A DNA stretch of 64,000 nucleotides from Methylococcales bacterium (GCA_965224565.1 CBDCZN010000002.1:1636309-1700308); one strand, 5' to 3'; counted from the first letter of the stretch, positions 9,910 to 20,545 are shown. A program made the numbers and translations. The notes: a model not told the origin generated them from the letters alone.

Positions 9910-10989
9910 CTATAGAGAATTAACCGCATTTAAATCTTGTAAAGCTTGCTCTAAACGAGTTGCCATTGCCACTTCGCCAGCGCGTTGCCAAACCCGCGGG
10001 TCGTAATATTTTTTGTTTGGTTGATCTTCACCCTTGGGATTGCCGATCTGTCCTTGCAGAAAAGCCTCGTTTTCCTTGTAGTAGTTCATTACACCAGCCC
10101 AGGTAGCCCATTGGGTATCAGTGTCGATGTTCATTTTTACCACCCCATAACTGATTGATTCCTTGATTTCTTCAGGGGTTGAGCCTGAGCCACCATGGAA
10201 TACAAACGTTAATGTGTTTTCAGGAACACCGTATTTTTCAGAGACAAATATTTGTGAATCACGCAGAATGGTTGGCGTTAACTTAACATTACCAGGTTTG
10301 TAAACACCATGAACATTGCCAAACGAGGCTGCAATAGTGAAACGGTCGCTGATTTTACTTAGATTTTCATAAGCATAAGCAACTTCTTCTGGTTGTGTGT
10401 ATAGCAGGGATTGATCCATGTCAGTATTGTCTACGCCGTCTTCTTCTCCACCTGTAACGCCTAACTCAATTTCAAGCGTCATGTCCATTTTGGACATCCG
10501 TTCTAAATACTTGCCGCAAATTTCGATGTTTTCTTCCAGACTTTCTTCAGACAGATCCAGCATGTGGGAACTGAATAATGGTTTTCCGTTTGCGGCGAAA
10601 TGTTTTTCACCAGCATCAAGCAGGCCATCAATCCAGGGGAGTAATTTTTTGGCAGCATGATCTGTGTGTACAATAACAGGAACGCCATAATATTCAGCCA
10701 TTAAGTGCACGTGTTGAGCACCTGAAATAGCACCTAAAATGGAATTCTGTTGACCTTCCAGTTTAAGCCCTTTACCAGTAAAAAATGCCGCTCCGCCGTT
10801 AGAAAACTGGATAATGATTGCAGATTTTACTTTAGCAGCTGCTTCTAGCGCAGCATTGATTGAATCAGTATTAATTACATTGACAGCTGGCAGTGCAATC
10901 TTGTTTTGTTTGCAAAATGCAAATACCTTTTGTACGTCGTCACCGGTGACAACGCCGGGTTTCACGATGTCTAAAATTTTCTGTGACAT
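9910..10989 (-). CDS. fba: class II fructose-1,6-bisphosphate aldolase
   Basis: 359 aa, FbaA-like throughout (LPAVNVINTDSINAALEAA, VHTDHAAK, FGNVHGVYKPGNVKL, FVFHGGSGS). Confidence 0.95.
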   Translation of the reverse strand: MSQKILDIVKPGVVTGDDVQKVFAFCKQNKIALPAVNVINTDSINAALEAAAKVKSAIIIQFSNGGAAFFTGKGLKLEGQQNSILGAISGAQHVHLMAEYYGVPVIVHTDHAAKKLLPWIDGLLDAGEKHFAANGKPLFSSHMLDLSEESLEENIEICGKYLERMSKMDMTLEIELGVTGGEEDGVDNTDMDQSLLYTQPEEVAYAYENLSKISDRFTIAASFGNVHGVYKPGNVKLTPTILRDSQIFVSEKYGVPENTLTFVFHGGSGSTPEEIKESISYGVVKMNIDTDTQWATWAGVMNYYKENEAFLQGQIGNPKGEDQPNKKYYDPRVWQRAGEVAMATRLEQALQDLNAVNSL

Positions 10990-11136
10990 ATGTAGGACCT
11001 ATTGTATTTTAGTTATCTTGTATTTGTTTTCACACTGGGTGTGAGAACAAAGGGATAATCTTGAATGACTAAAACTAATCCCCTGGTGCAATACTTATAG
11101 AAGATATGCACCCAGGAATTAGCAGATAAGCGAGCG

Positions 11137-12138
11137 TTATGCAGTTTCGAGGACTTTTTCGATGTTTTCCAGGCGTTCAGCAAGTAATTCCTCAAGAGAA
11201 ACCAATGCTTTAGAAAATCCATCAATGCCTTCGGCAAGTTTGTCTGAAGCCATGCGGTTATCCGCATGCATTTTTTCGAAAGTTGCCTTGTCCATCGCTA
11301 TTTTATCGATAGATGCATTAGCCGCAGCTTGCGGGGTAAGCTTGCGTGGTAATTCAGCCTCAGTGGACTGTAATTCATCCAATAAAGCAGGAGCTATTGT
11401 TAACAGATCAACACCAGCCAATTCAGTGATTTCGCCGATATTACGGAAGCTTGCGCCCATTACTTCAGTTTTGTAACCAAATTTTTTGTAATAGTTGTAA
11501 ACCTCAGTGACAGAAAGTACGCCCGGATCTTCAGTAGATGGGTATGAATCACGTCCGCTATCTTTTTTATACCAGTCGAGGATACGTCCGACAAATGGAG
11601 ATATCAGGGTGATGTCGTTCTCAGCACATGCAATTGCCTGATGTAAACCAAACAACAGTGTCAGATTACAGTGGATACCTTCTTTTTCCAATACTGCTGC
11701 AGCCTGAATACCTTCCCATGTTGAAGCGATTTTGATTAATATGCGCTGACGATTAACACCTGCAGCTTCATATTGAGCAATCAATTCACGACCCTTGGCT
11801 ATCGTTGCTTCGGTATCAAATGAAAGTCGCGCATCGACTTCAGTAGAGACACGACCTGGAATGATATCAAGTATCTTAAGTCCGAAAGAAACTGCTAAAC
11901 GATCAAAAGCAAGGGTAACCACCTGCGCTTCTGATGCATCTTTGCCTAAAGTCTCTCTGGCCCCTTTCAATGTGTCATCAACAATGCTCTGATATTGCGG
12001 CATCTGTGATGCAGCAGTAATCAGGGAAGGGTTGGTTGTTGCATCTTGAGGTTTGAATGTTTCAATGGCCTGGATGTCGCCGGTATCAGCAACAACCACG
12101 GTCATTTCTCTAAGTTGTTCAAGTAAATTTTTAGCCAT
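11137..12138 (-). CDS. tal: transaldolase
   Basis: 333 aa. [39 protein letters not shown] and [12 protein letters not shown] (Schiff-base Lys context). Confidence 0.95.
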   Translation of the reverse strand: MAKNLLEQLREMTVVVADTGDIQAIETFKPQDATTNPSLITAASQMPQYQSIVDDTLKGARETLGKDASEAQVVTLAFDRLAVSFGLKILDIIPGRVSTEVDARLSFDTEATIAKGRELIAQYEAAGVNRQRILIKIASTWEGIQAAAVLEKEGIHCNLTLLFGLHQAIACAENDITLISPFVGRILDWYKKDSGRDSYPSTEDPGVLSVTEVYNYYKKFGYKTEVMGASFRNIGEITELAGVDLLTIAPALLDELQSTEAELPRKLTPQAAANASIDKIAMDKATFEKMHADNRMASDKLAEGIDGFSKALVSLEELLAERLENIEKVLETA

Positions 12139-12671
12139 AATTATGCACCATTATGTATGTATTGATAAAGTTCTCATCGGTGTAGATTATACTCCGAATG
12201 ATTCTGATATGTTGTATTTTGAATGCTGATGGTTGATTGCTTAGAAAAGCAATCAACCATTGACCAGACAATCAAATTTGTTGTGTTCTAGCTCGGTTAT
12301 TATGAACAATAGCAACTAAAAAATGAGTAAGCCTTAGCAGAGACAGTTCAAAGAAAAGTTGTAAATTAGTCCAGGTTACCACCGCAATATTTTGAGCCAA
12401 CCCTGTTTTTCTCTTGAAAAAAAAACAACAGCTGTCAATAATTTAACGATAATGTCAGCATATGATCGAGTCACATTGGCACTAACTAATTCAGCGCATA
12501 AAACAGTGACAGAACCCGCATTTAATCCGCAGCCCTGTTTTACTTGCGCGGATTGTACTGAAGAAGAAATGGACTTGATAAATGATTCTTGTTGATTGTG
12601 ATTTTTCTTATAACAATAAACGAAGTTGTTTGCTCACGGTATGATCTGCAATCGAATCTACTGTGTTTTGT

Positions 12672-13103
12672 TTAGCCTATTTTCTTCAAGTATTTTTCAA
12701 CGCTTGATGGTACAGCTGGCTGTTGAGTAGCTGCAGCTGCTGTTACTTTTGCTAAATATTTTTCAACACCGCTTGGAGCTGCAGCTTTTGCGGCGGCTGC
12801 TGCTCTTATTTGATATTCTGGAATAATCTGTTTTACCAGATATCTTGCTACTCCGGTCAATGCTGCGGGTTTTATGTTCCCTACATATTTAGCCACGCTG
12901 GTAGGGGTTTGTTCTGCAGCTTGTTGATTTGATGATGTTTCTGGTGCTGTTGCGGTTTGTTGTGGTGGCGGTTGTTTGTCTTGTAAATATTTTGCAACCC
13001 CAGTGAGTCCATCAGAGCTTCTAGCAGCTGTTGAGCTATCTACAGAAGTCTCTTGTGCAGCAGGTTGTTTATTGAATATTTTTCCGAGTAAATTCTGAGC
13101 CAT
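12672..13103 (-). CDS. low-complexity protein with five [ST]-[GS]-V-[AE]-[KR]-Y-[LV] motifs
   Basis: 143 aa with no signal peptide, rich in Ala/Gln/Thr. Motifs: TGVAKYL, TSVAKYV, TGVARYL, SGVEKYL, SSVEKYL. The same motif occurs in the adjacent gene, which supports real coding. Confidence 0.6.
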   Translation of the reverse strand: MAQNLLGKIFNKQPAAQETSVDSSTAARSSDGLTGVAKYLQDKQPPPQQTATAPETSSNQQAAEQTPTSVAKYVGNIKPAALTGVARYLVKQIIPEYQIRAAAAAKAAAPSGVEKYLAKVTAAAATQQPAVPSSVEKYLKKIG

Positions 13104-13514
13104 AAAGGATACCTAATTATGTTTCCAAGTAAAAAATCCACATCGACATACACATGAATTAAAATACTGAGGTTGATTTAATGTATGTGAGTAAGGCATC
13201 TATCGGTCTTAATGTGTGCCTTACATTATGAATGCAATTTGTCTTATATTCTCACTGAAACACATATCACTTTATCCTGTTTCAGAACTTAATTAATTAT
13301 GGAGCAACTCTAGTCTTTCCTGGTTCTCACAAAGTGCTCTGCTTTTAACGCAAGATAAATCCACACAATTTATGGTGATAAATGAGCCGTTTTTTGATGG
13401 TTTATTATACGATTCTAATGCAGAGATGACCACGCTTGCCAATTATTATCTAACTATCAACAATTGTTTAATAAGGCGCACTCTTCTCTGCAGTTCCCAT
13501 TGGTAAGTTCGGTT

Positions 13515-14177
13515 TTATCCTCGATCACGCAGGAATTTTTCTACTCCTGTCGCATTGGCTATGGTCTGCTGATCCAGGTATTTGGCAACTCCAGTTGCTT
13601 CTGCCATATCGTTTTGCTTCAGGTAGTTTGCAACTCCAGTTCCACCGCCTGATGCTACATTATGTGCGGGAGCAGGAGCACTACTCTGTGACCCTTCGCT
13701 GGTCGGACGTCTGCTGTACAAAAATGCACCGACTGCCAAAAGAACTCCTAAGCCAATTAGATATTGACTCATACCACCAGACTCCTCTGGAGATGCATCG
13801 GTCTCACTTGAAGATGAGTCGCTTGTCGTACTACTTGATGCCGAAGTACTTGAGCTTATGCTACTTTTCTTGACAGGACTTGAACTATTGCTTTTAGTAT
13901 TAGCAATGTAGTCTTTGTCTTGATAAACAATTTCCGGAGTAAAATCACCAGGAAGTTCAGAATTAGAACTTGACGAGCTACCGCTAGAGCTTGAACTTGT
14001 TGAGGGTGATGGGCTTGCACTTGGTGCAGACCCTCCGTGTTCTGCAATGTAATCTTTATCCTGATAAACGATTTCCGGTGTGAAATCTTCAGGATAGTTG
14101 GGCTCAGCTAAAACTACACTGCTACTGGCTAATAGTAGAGTTGAAATAAAACTTGTGGTCAAATATTTTGTTTTCAC
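13515..14177 (-). CDS. single-pass membrane protein with Ser-rich ectodomain and three TGV-x-K/N-Y/F-L tail motifs
   Basis: 220 aa. Signal peptide (…SSSVVLA/EP), two copies of DFTPEIVYQDKDYIA, poly-Ser linkers and a TM segment (YLIGLGVLLAVGAFLY followed by SRRP). The predicted cytoplasmic tail carries TGVANYL, TGVAKYL and TGVEKFL. Confidence 0.6.
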   Translation of the reverse strand: MKTKYLTTSFISTLLLASSSVVLAEPNYPEDFTPEIVYQDKDYIAEHGGSAPSASPSPSTSSSSSGSSSSSNSELPGDFTPEIVYQDKDYIANTKSNSSSPVKKSSISSSTSASSSTTSDSSSSETDASPEESGGMSQYLIGLGVLLAVGAFLYSRRPTSEGSQSSAPAPAHNVASGGGTGVANYLKQNDMAEATGVAKYLDQQTIANATGVEKFLRDRG

Positions 14178-14211
14178 CTGTGAATGCCTCTCTATATCTG
14201 AAGTATTGAAA

Positions 14212-16224
14212 TTAAAGCACTGCTTCTACGTTGCTGACAACATTATCAGCTGTGAAACCGAATTCTTTGAACAGATCGCCCGCAGGTGCTGATTCACCGA
14301 AACGATCCAGACCAACGATTTTACCGTTTGTACCTACATATTTCCACCAGCCATCAGTGACTCCAGCTTCAACAGCGATGCGTTTGGTCACGGAAGGTGG
14401 CAGGACTGAGTCACGGTAAGCTTGGTCCTGACTATCAAACACGTTAGTTGACGGCATCGACACTACACGCACATTTTTGCCTTTAGTGCCAAGCTGTTCA
14501 GCTGCCTTCACTGCAATTTCTACTTCAGAGCCAGTAGCGATGATAATTGCATCTGGTTGACCCTTGCTATCACTTACCACATAAGCACCGCGTGAAATAT
14601 CTTTGATCTGTTGTTCGCTACGAGGCATGTGTGCCAGCCCTTGTCGCGAGAAGATTAATACAGATGGCCCATCTTTTCTTTCAATTGCAGCTTTCCATGC
14701 TACCGCTGATTCGACTGCATCGCATGGACGCCAGACTTGCATGTTAGGGATCATGCGTAATGTAGCGGTTTGTTCGACTGGTTGATGCGTTGGTCCATCT
14801 TCACCTAAACCAATTGAATCATGTGTGTAGACGAATATAGTTGGGATTTTCATCAACGATGCCATACGTAATGCATTGCGAGCATATTCAGAGAACATCT
14901 CAAAAGTTGCACCGTAGGGTTTAAAACCACCATATAAAGTGATGCCATTCATCATTGCGGACATGCCGAATTCTCGTACTCCATAATAGACGTAATTACC
15001 ATCGTGACCTGGAGCATTCACATCTTTACAGCCAGACCAGATAGTCAGGTTGGATCCTGCTAAATCGGCTGAGCCACCCAGTAATTCTGGCAATAGTGAA
15101 CCAAAACCATCAAGTGAATTCTGAGAAGCTTTGCGACTGGCGATTTTTTCTGCTTTTTGGTTGACGGCAGCAACGAACGCGTTGGCATTTTGTTCCCAGT
15201 CATCTGGTAGGTCACCTGACATACGTCGTTCAAATTCTTTTGCAAGCTCAGGATGTGCGCTACGATAGCTCTCGAAACGCTGTTTCCATTCAGTTTCAAA
15301 ACCTGTGCCTTTTTGATTTGCATCCCAACCGTCGTAAACTTCTTTGGGTACTTCAAACGGCGCATGAGGCCAGTCGATTGTTTTGCGTACCAAAGCAATC
15401 TCATCATCGCCAAGCGCTGCACCGTGACAGTCTTCTTTGCCTTGTTTGTTGGGAGATCCCCAGCCGATGATAGTTTGGCAACAGATAAGTGTTGGTTTAT
15501 CAGTAACTGAGCGAGCTTCTTCGATGGCTTTTTTAACGGCTTCTGAATTGTGTCCATCGACAACAGGGATCACATGCCAGCCATAAGCCTCAAAGCGTTT
15601 TGGAGTGTTGTCAGTGAACCAGCCTGTTGTATCACCTTCACCACGGACTTCGCCATCAATGGAGATGTTGTTGTCATCGTAGAAAGCTATCAGTTTTCCC
15701 AGTTTCATGGTGCCTGCTAGTGAGCATACCTCATGCGAGATGCCTTCCATTAAACAGCCATCGCCCAAGAATACGTAGGTGTTATGATCAACGACATCAT
15801 GACCAGGGCGATTGAATTGTCCGGCGAGCGTTCGTTCTGCAAGAGCCATTCCTACGCCATTTGCAATGCCTTGACCTAATGGCCCGGTTGTTGTTTCTAT
15901 GCCAGGGGCATATCCATATTCAGGGTGACCAGGTGTTTTGGAATGCAGTTGGCGAAAATTCTTGAGCTCTTCAATGGGTAAATCATAACCTGTGAGATGT
16001 AATAGAGAGTACAGAAGCATTGAGCCATGGCCATTGGACAGTATGAAACGGTCGCGATTAGGCCAAGCCGGATTGCCAGGATTATGACGCATATAGTCAT
16101 TCCATAACATTTCGGCGATATCAGCCATGCCCATGGGGGCTCCAGGGTGGCCTGAGTTGGCTTTTTGCACGGCATCCATGCTTAAAGCGCGTATTGCATT
16201 AGCTAAGTTTCTGCGCGATGTCAT
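14212..16224 (-). CDS. tkt: transketolase
   Basis: 670 aa. [26 protein letters not shown] (ThDP motif) and GEDGPTHQP. Confidence 0.96.
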   Translation of the reverse strand: MTSRRNLANAIRALSMDAVQKANSGHPGAPMGMADIAEMLWNDYMRHNPGNPAWPNRDRFILSNGHGSMLLYSLLHLTGYDLPIEELKNFRQLHSKTPGHPEYGYAPGIETTTGPLGQGIANGVGMALAERTLAGQFNRPGHDVVDHNTYVFLGDGCLMEGISHEVCSLAGTMKLGKLIAFYDDNNISIDGEVRGEGDTTGWFTDNTPKRFEAYGWHVIPVVDGHNSEAVKKAIEEARSVTDKPTLICCQTIIGWGSPNKQGKEDCHGAALGDDEIALVRKTIDWPHAPFEVPKEVYDGWDANQKGTGFETEWKQRFESYRSAHPELAKEFERRMSGDLPDDWEQNANAFVAAVNQKAEKIASRKASQNSLDGFGSLLPELLGGSADLAGSNLTIWSGCKDVNAPGHDGNYVYYGVREFGMSAMMNGITLYGGFKPYGATFEMFSEYARNALRMASLMKIPTIFVYTHDSIGLGEDGPTHQPVEQTATLRMIPNMQVWRPCDAVESAVAWKAAIERKDGPSVLIFSRQGLAHMPRSEQQIKDISRGAYVVSDSKGQPDAIIIATGSEVEIAVKAAEQLGTKGKNVRVVSMPSTNVFDSQDQAYRDSVLPPSVTKRIAVEAGVTDGWWKYVGTNGKIVGLDRFGESAPAGDLFKEFGFTADNVVSNVEAVL

Positions 16225-16321
16225 TATCTGTATTACCTATTTCTGATTTTTTTGGCTATAAATAAGGATGTAAGAAAACAGATGATCTGTTTTCTTGAAC
16301 ATGTCTCGAAATTTGCACTCA

Positions 16322-16352
16322 AATAACGAGCGGTTTAATACCGCTCATTATT
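16322..16352 (-). terminator. hairpin between phi and tkt (terminator/attenuator candidate)
   Basis: On the minus strand, AATAATGAGCGG / CCGCTCGTTATT forms a 12-bp stem with one G-U pair, followed by TTGAG. It lies 19 nt downstream of the phi stop. A second near-perfect palindrome is at 16272..16296. Confidence 0.45.
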
Positions 16353-16370
16353 TAAAGTTTTCTTTTACAG

Positions 16371-16904
16371 CTATTCTAAGTTAGCGTGTCTTTCTTTCAT
16401 CTGTTCTTCAGGGATTCCCTTCTCGTGTATAAAATGAGAAATTAATGCCTCTAGAAAAATCAAGGTGGAGAGTTCAAATACTGTCCCCATCGGCATCCCT
16501 ACGACTGCTCCATACAAGTCAGGTTTACCAATTTCGAATACAGCATCTGCAATATCACCAAGTGCTGAGTCGCGTTTTGCAGAGATTAATACGACTTGTG
16601 CACCAATCTTCTTGGCGCGATTAGCAAATGCAACTAATTGCTCAGTTCCCCCAGAACCTGAAATAACGAGCAACATGTCGCTGTCTCTAACGCTTGGTGT
16701 GACAACTTCGCCAACCAGATAAGCTTCATATCCAGCATGCATTAAACGCATGACAAAAAATCTTGCGATTAATCCTGACCTGCCTGCGCCTGAGACGAAG
16801 ATACGAGAAGACTTGTCGAGTAGCTCAGTCAGTTTCGCCTCATATGAATCATCGGTAGCAGCAAGAATTTCAGTGATTTTCCTTAATACGAGTTGCTGAT
16901 GCAT
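16371..16904 (-). CDS. hxlB: 6-phospho-3-hexuloisomerase (SIS domain)
   Basis: 177 aa. SIS fold motifs (IFVSGAGRSGLIARFFVMRL, LLVISGSGGTEQ). It lies immediately downstream of hps. Confidence 0.88.
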   Translation of the reverse strand: MHQQLVLRKITEILAATDDSYEAKLTELLDKSSRIFVSGAGRSGLIARFFVMRLMHAGYEAYLVGEVVTPSVRDSDMLLVISGSGGTEQLVAFANRAKKIGAQVVLISAKRDSALGDIADAVFEIGKPDLYGAVVGMPMGTVFELSTLIFLEALISHFIHEKGIPEEQMKERHANLE

Positions 16905-16913
16905 TATAGACCT

Positions 16914-17555
16914 CTATGCAGCATCAACCAGCTGACGAATTTCACGAGCTGAATCTGCAGGAGAAGGAGCGCCGTAAATAGCAGCACCAACAACAACAAT
17001 GCCTGCACCAGCTTGAACAACTTGCTGTACAGTTGATTGGTTGATTCCGCCTGCAACAGATATTCTGACTGGCAGGTTTAATGCAGCAATGCTTTGTAGA
17101 TCTGTGAATGGTGTGTCGCCAGCTGCTTGTGCATCAAGGCCAGTATGAACACCAACAATTTGAGCGCCCATTTTGGCTGCTTCTCTGGCGCACTGTGCTT
17201 TGTTTGGAACGTTGATTAAATCGACCTGGGCTTCTGCATTGTTTGCATTAGCGGCTTTAACAACACCAGCCATCGTTGCATTGCCTGAAACGCCAAGTAC
17301 TGTGCAGATGTCTCCACCAGCTGCGTAGAAAGGAGCTGCTTCGTATTCACCAGCATCCATCGTTTTAAGGTCGACTAAAACCAGATTGTTGGGGAACTTT
17401 CTTTTCAGTTCCTGAACCAGCTTTACTCCATTGTGCTTGATGCATGGTGTGCCAATTTCAAGGATGTCAACGAAAGGGGCAACCTGAGTAGCCAGTGCTA
17501 CAGTATCGTTGAAGTCCAGTGAATCCAATGCCATTTGAATTAATGCTTTTGCCAT
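16914..17555 (-). CDS. hxlA: 3-hexulose-6-phosphate synthase
   Basis: 213 aa. OMP-decarboxylase-fold HPS signature (LQMALD, DILEIGTPCIKHNG, LVDLKTMDAGEYEA, VHTGLDAQA, ISVAGGI). Confidence 0.9.
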   Translation of the reverse strand: MAKALIQMALDSLDFNDTVALATQVAPFVDILEIGTPCIKHNGVKLVQELKRKFPNNLVLVDLKTMDAGEYEAAPFYAAGGDICTVLGVSGNATMAGVVKAANANNAEAQVDLINVPNKAQCAREAAKMGAQIVGVHTGLDAQAAGDTPFTDLQSIAALNLPVRISVAGGINQSTVQQVVQAGAGIVVVGAAIYGAPSPADSAREIRQLVDAA

Positions 17556-18083
17556 GATATTTGCTCCATTAGTTAAGCGAAGGTTATAGTTTTTGTTACA
17601 TTATGTTTGTAAACTCTGTGAACTTTAAATCAGAACAGGGACGGATGTCAATGTTCTTGTTGGTGCTGTTATAGACGGTGCATTTTGCAATTTAAGCTTG
17701 TTGATCAGCCGAAAGCACAACATCATCGCGGATTATTTTTTATTATTATTCATGTAGTTATATTCATGTTAATCTGTGCAGGTAAATATTGTTGTCAATT
17801 AATTCTGATGTTAGATAGGCTGATGGTTTTTGTGTAAGACTGAGGGCTAACTCTCTGTAAAAATAATTTTTCCTGGATTAAAAACTAATTAGAAACCAGT
17901 GAGTTCAAATCACATCATAATTTAAATTATTAGCAATAAATCTTGGGAAATCGTATGATTCGCTGCAAATAATAAAGTTGTCACAGTAAAAATATAAATT
18001 TATATTGAAAAACATCGATAAACGAATGTTTTCCCAAAGTAAACCTTCTACCATATTCTAAAACTATTGTACGAGAAGCCATT

Positions 18084-18917
18084 ATGGAATGTTTAACCGA
18101 TACGAGTGCATTTATCATCGATATGGATGGTGTGCTGTGGCATGGGGAACAAGCAGTTCCGGGGCTGGTTGATTTTTTTCAGGCGCTGAGAAAAAAAAAG
18201 ATACGTTTTATTCTGGCAACAAACAATGCCAGTTTGACCCCACAACAATACGTTAATAAGCTTGACCGCATGGGTGTTTCAATTGATGCGAATGACATTC
18301 TCACCTCAGGTATGGCAACAGCACTCTATTTGTCAGAACAGGTGGATCCAGCGTCAACCAGTGTTTATGTGGTGGGTGAACAAGGAGCACGACAACCACT
18401 TGTTGATCAAGGGTTTATCTTGACAGAAGGCTATGAACTTAATGCAGATAGCAATAGTACGATGGCCGCTGCACAGTTTGTGGTTTGTGGTAAAGATGAA
18501 ACCCTGAATTGGGACAAGCTGGCGATTGCAACGTTGAATATTCGAGCCGGAGCACAGTTTATTGGTACCAATGCAGATACTACTATGCCGACTGAGCGTG
18601 GTTTTACCCATGGAAATGGTGCGATTTTGGCAGCGTTGCAAGTAGCAACTGGTGTTGAACCAATCATTATTGGTAAGCCGGAACCGATCATGTACCAGCA
18701 AGCGCTTGCGTTACTCAAGGTTGATCCGGCAGGAACAGTGGCGATTGGTGATCGACTGGAGACTGATATTCTTGGCGCTGTACGTACAGGGATTCGCAGC
18801 ATTATGCTGTTATCTGGAGTGTCAACTGAAAAGGATTTAAAAGAGTCGGATTATCAACCTACGTGTGTAATGGAGGATATTCGCGCTATTACCGAAATAC
18901 TACTGAAGGTATCTTAG
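18084..18917 (+). CDS. HAD-IIA family (NagD/PGP-like) sugar phosphatase
   Basis: 277 aa. DxD nucleophile motif IIDMDGVLWHG, ATNNAS, GKPEP and GDRLETDI. Confidence 0.8.
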   Translation: MECLTDTSAFIIDMDGVLWHGEQAVPGLVDFFQALRKKKIRFILATNNASLTPQQYVNKLDRMGVSIDANDILTSGMATALYLSEQVDPASTSVYVVGEQGARQPLVDQGFILTEGYELNADSNSTMAAAQFVVCGKDETLNWDKLAIATLNIRAGAQFIGTNADTTMPTERGFTHGNGAILAALQVATGVEPIIIGKPEPIMYQQALALLKVDPAGTVAIGDRLETDILGAVRTGIRSIMLLSGVSTEKDLKESDYQPTCVMEDIRAITEILLKVS

Positions 18918-18928
18918 GAGTTGTGGCA

Positions 18929-19915
18929 ATGAAAAAATTTATCAATAAAACAGACACCTTGCTCGATGAAAGTTTGCAGGGTTTTGCCAAGGCGCATGCC
19001 GACCTTGTTCAGTTCAACCCTCAACCAAGGTTTGTAAAACGCATTTCTACAACCCCCAAAGGCAAAGTTGTATTAATTTCTGGTGGAGGGGCAGGGCATG
19101 AGCCGTTACATGCTGGTTTTGTTGGTACCGGTATGTTGAATGCTGCGTGTCCGGGGCAGATTTTCACCTCCCCAACGCCTGATCAAATGCTTGCTGCTGC
19201 TGAAGCCGTGAATAGTGACAGTGGTGTTTTATTCATCGTCAAGAATTATGCGGGTGATGTGATGAATTTTGAAATCGCAGCCGAAATGCTTGATTACCCA
19301 AGTCAAACTGTATTAGTCAGTGATGATGTGGCATTGCCGAAAGATCATAGTACTGGTCGACGCGGCGTGGCAGGTACGTTGATTGTCGAGAAAATAGTTG
19401 GTGCAGCGGCTGATAAAGGCATGGATTTGATGGCTTGTAAAACGTTGGGGGATCGTGTCAGCCAAGCGACAGCGTCAATGGGTGTTGCTTTGACCAGCTG
19501 TACAGTGCCAGATCTGGGTAAGCCGACATTTGAACTAGGTGATGATCAAATGGAAATAGGTGTGGGCATCCATGGCGAACAAGGACGTGAAACTACCAGC
19601 TTGACCAGTGCCCGGGAAATAGTTGAACAGTTAGCCAGCACCATTGATGATGATTTGAAGCCACAAAAAGGTCAGCGAGTGTTATTACATGTCAATGGAT
19701 TTGGTGCCACGCCGTTAATGGAGCTGTATCTTGTCTATGATTTAGCATACCAGTTCTGGGAGCAGCGTGGAGTTACTATAAGCCGCTCCCTGGTAGGTAA
19801 CTACACGACTTCGCTGGATATGGCCGGTTGTTCGATTACCTTGAGTTTATTAGATGAAGAGCTGATTAGTTTATGGGATGCGCCAGTACATACAGCCGCG
19901 TTACGTTGGGGTTGA
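18929..19915 (+). CDS. dhaK: dihydroxyacetone kinase, DhaK (DHA-binding) subunit
   Basis: ORF 18863..19915. The ATG at 18929 gives MKKFINKTDTLLDESLQG..., typical of DhaK. Also ISGGGAGHEP, FIVKNYAGDVMNF and GVGIHGEQG. Confidence 0.88.
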   Translation: MKKFINKTDTLLDESLQGFAKAHADLVQFNPQPRFVKRISTTPKGKVVLISGGGAGHEPLHAGFVGTGMLNAACPGQIFTSPTPDQMLAAAEAVNSDSGVLFIVKNYAGDVMNFEIAAEMLDYPSQTVLVSDDVALPKDHSTGRRGVAGTLIVEKIVGAAADKGMDLMACKTLGDRVSQATASMGVALTSCTVPDLGKPTFELGDDQMEIGVGIHGEQGRETTSLTSAREIVEQLASTIDDDLKPQKGQRVLLHVNGFGATPLMELYLVYDLAYQFWEQRGVTISRSLVGNYTTSLDMAGCSITLSLLDEELISLWDAPVHTAALRWG

Positions 19916-20545
19916 GTGTTCAATCATCACATCAGCAATCGCGCAAATCATTAATTGACTGGTTCTTGCGCCAGCATCGATGTGTCCTTTGCTGCGCTCG
20001 CCGAGAAAAGAGGCACGACCTTTGGTTGCGATCATCTCACGGGTGGATTCAACACCCTCAATAGCGACCTGTTTTATTTGCTCAAGCAAATCAGCCATCA
20101 CTAAACTATCTGTCGCAGCTTGTTGTAAATATTCAGAGACAGGAATGTGTACATCAAGCATGGTTTTTTCACCAGCATCGGCTTTGCCGCGCTTCTTGAC
20201 AGCTTCTACACCTTGTGCAAACACCTCTGGAAAATGTTGTAGAGTGACAGGTTGATCACCAGCAGCTTTGCTCATGGCGATAAACAGCGTGCCATATAGA
20301 GACCCTGATGCACCACCAATTGTCGACATGGCTATCATGCCTATCTTCTGAAATGCATCAGCCCAGTTGAGCAGGCTGATTGCATCACTTTCTTTAATAA
20401 GCGCTTGAATGCCGCGCTGCAAATTTGTGACATGATCACCGTCGCCAATGGCTTGATCTAGAGCTGTGACTTCTTCAGCATTGGTTTCGATTATTGTGGC
20501 GATGGATTGGATTATCTGAGGGAGTAAAGAAGGGCTGAATGACAT
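19901..20545 (-). CDS. dhaL: dihydroxyacetone kinase, DhaL (nucleotide-binding) subunit
   Basis: 214 aa. DhaL motif LDQAIGDGDHVTNLQRG, GGASGSLYG and GRASFLGERS. It is convergent with dhaK, and the 3' ends overlap by 15 nt. Confidence 0.85.
   Translation of the reverse strand: MSFSPSLLPQIIQSIATIIETNAEEVTALDQAIGDGDHVTNLQRGIQALIKESDAISLLNWADAFQKIGMIAMSTIGGASGSLYGTLFIAMSKAAGDQPVTLQHFPEVFAQGVEAVKKRGKADAGEKTMLDVHIPVSEYLQQAATDSLVMADLLEQIKQVAIEGVESTREMIATKGRASFLGERSKGHIDAGARTSQLMICAIADVMIEHSTPT

Noticed and set aside
12392-12595. 67-aa TTG-initiated ORF between tal and the repeat-motif gene
   Set aside because: It has no RBS and no recognisable motif, and it lies in the promoter/terminator spacer of convergent or divergent genes. 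It cannot be excluded as a small protein, but it is unsupported.
15060-15563. 167-aa and other 60-130-aa ORFs antisense or out of frame within tkt, fba, tal, pnp, lpxD and the HAD gene
   Set aside because: They are embedded in strongly supported conserved genes and translate to low-complexity or basic junk typical of shadow ORFs.
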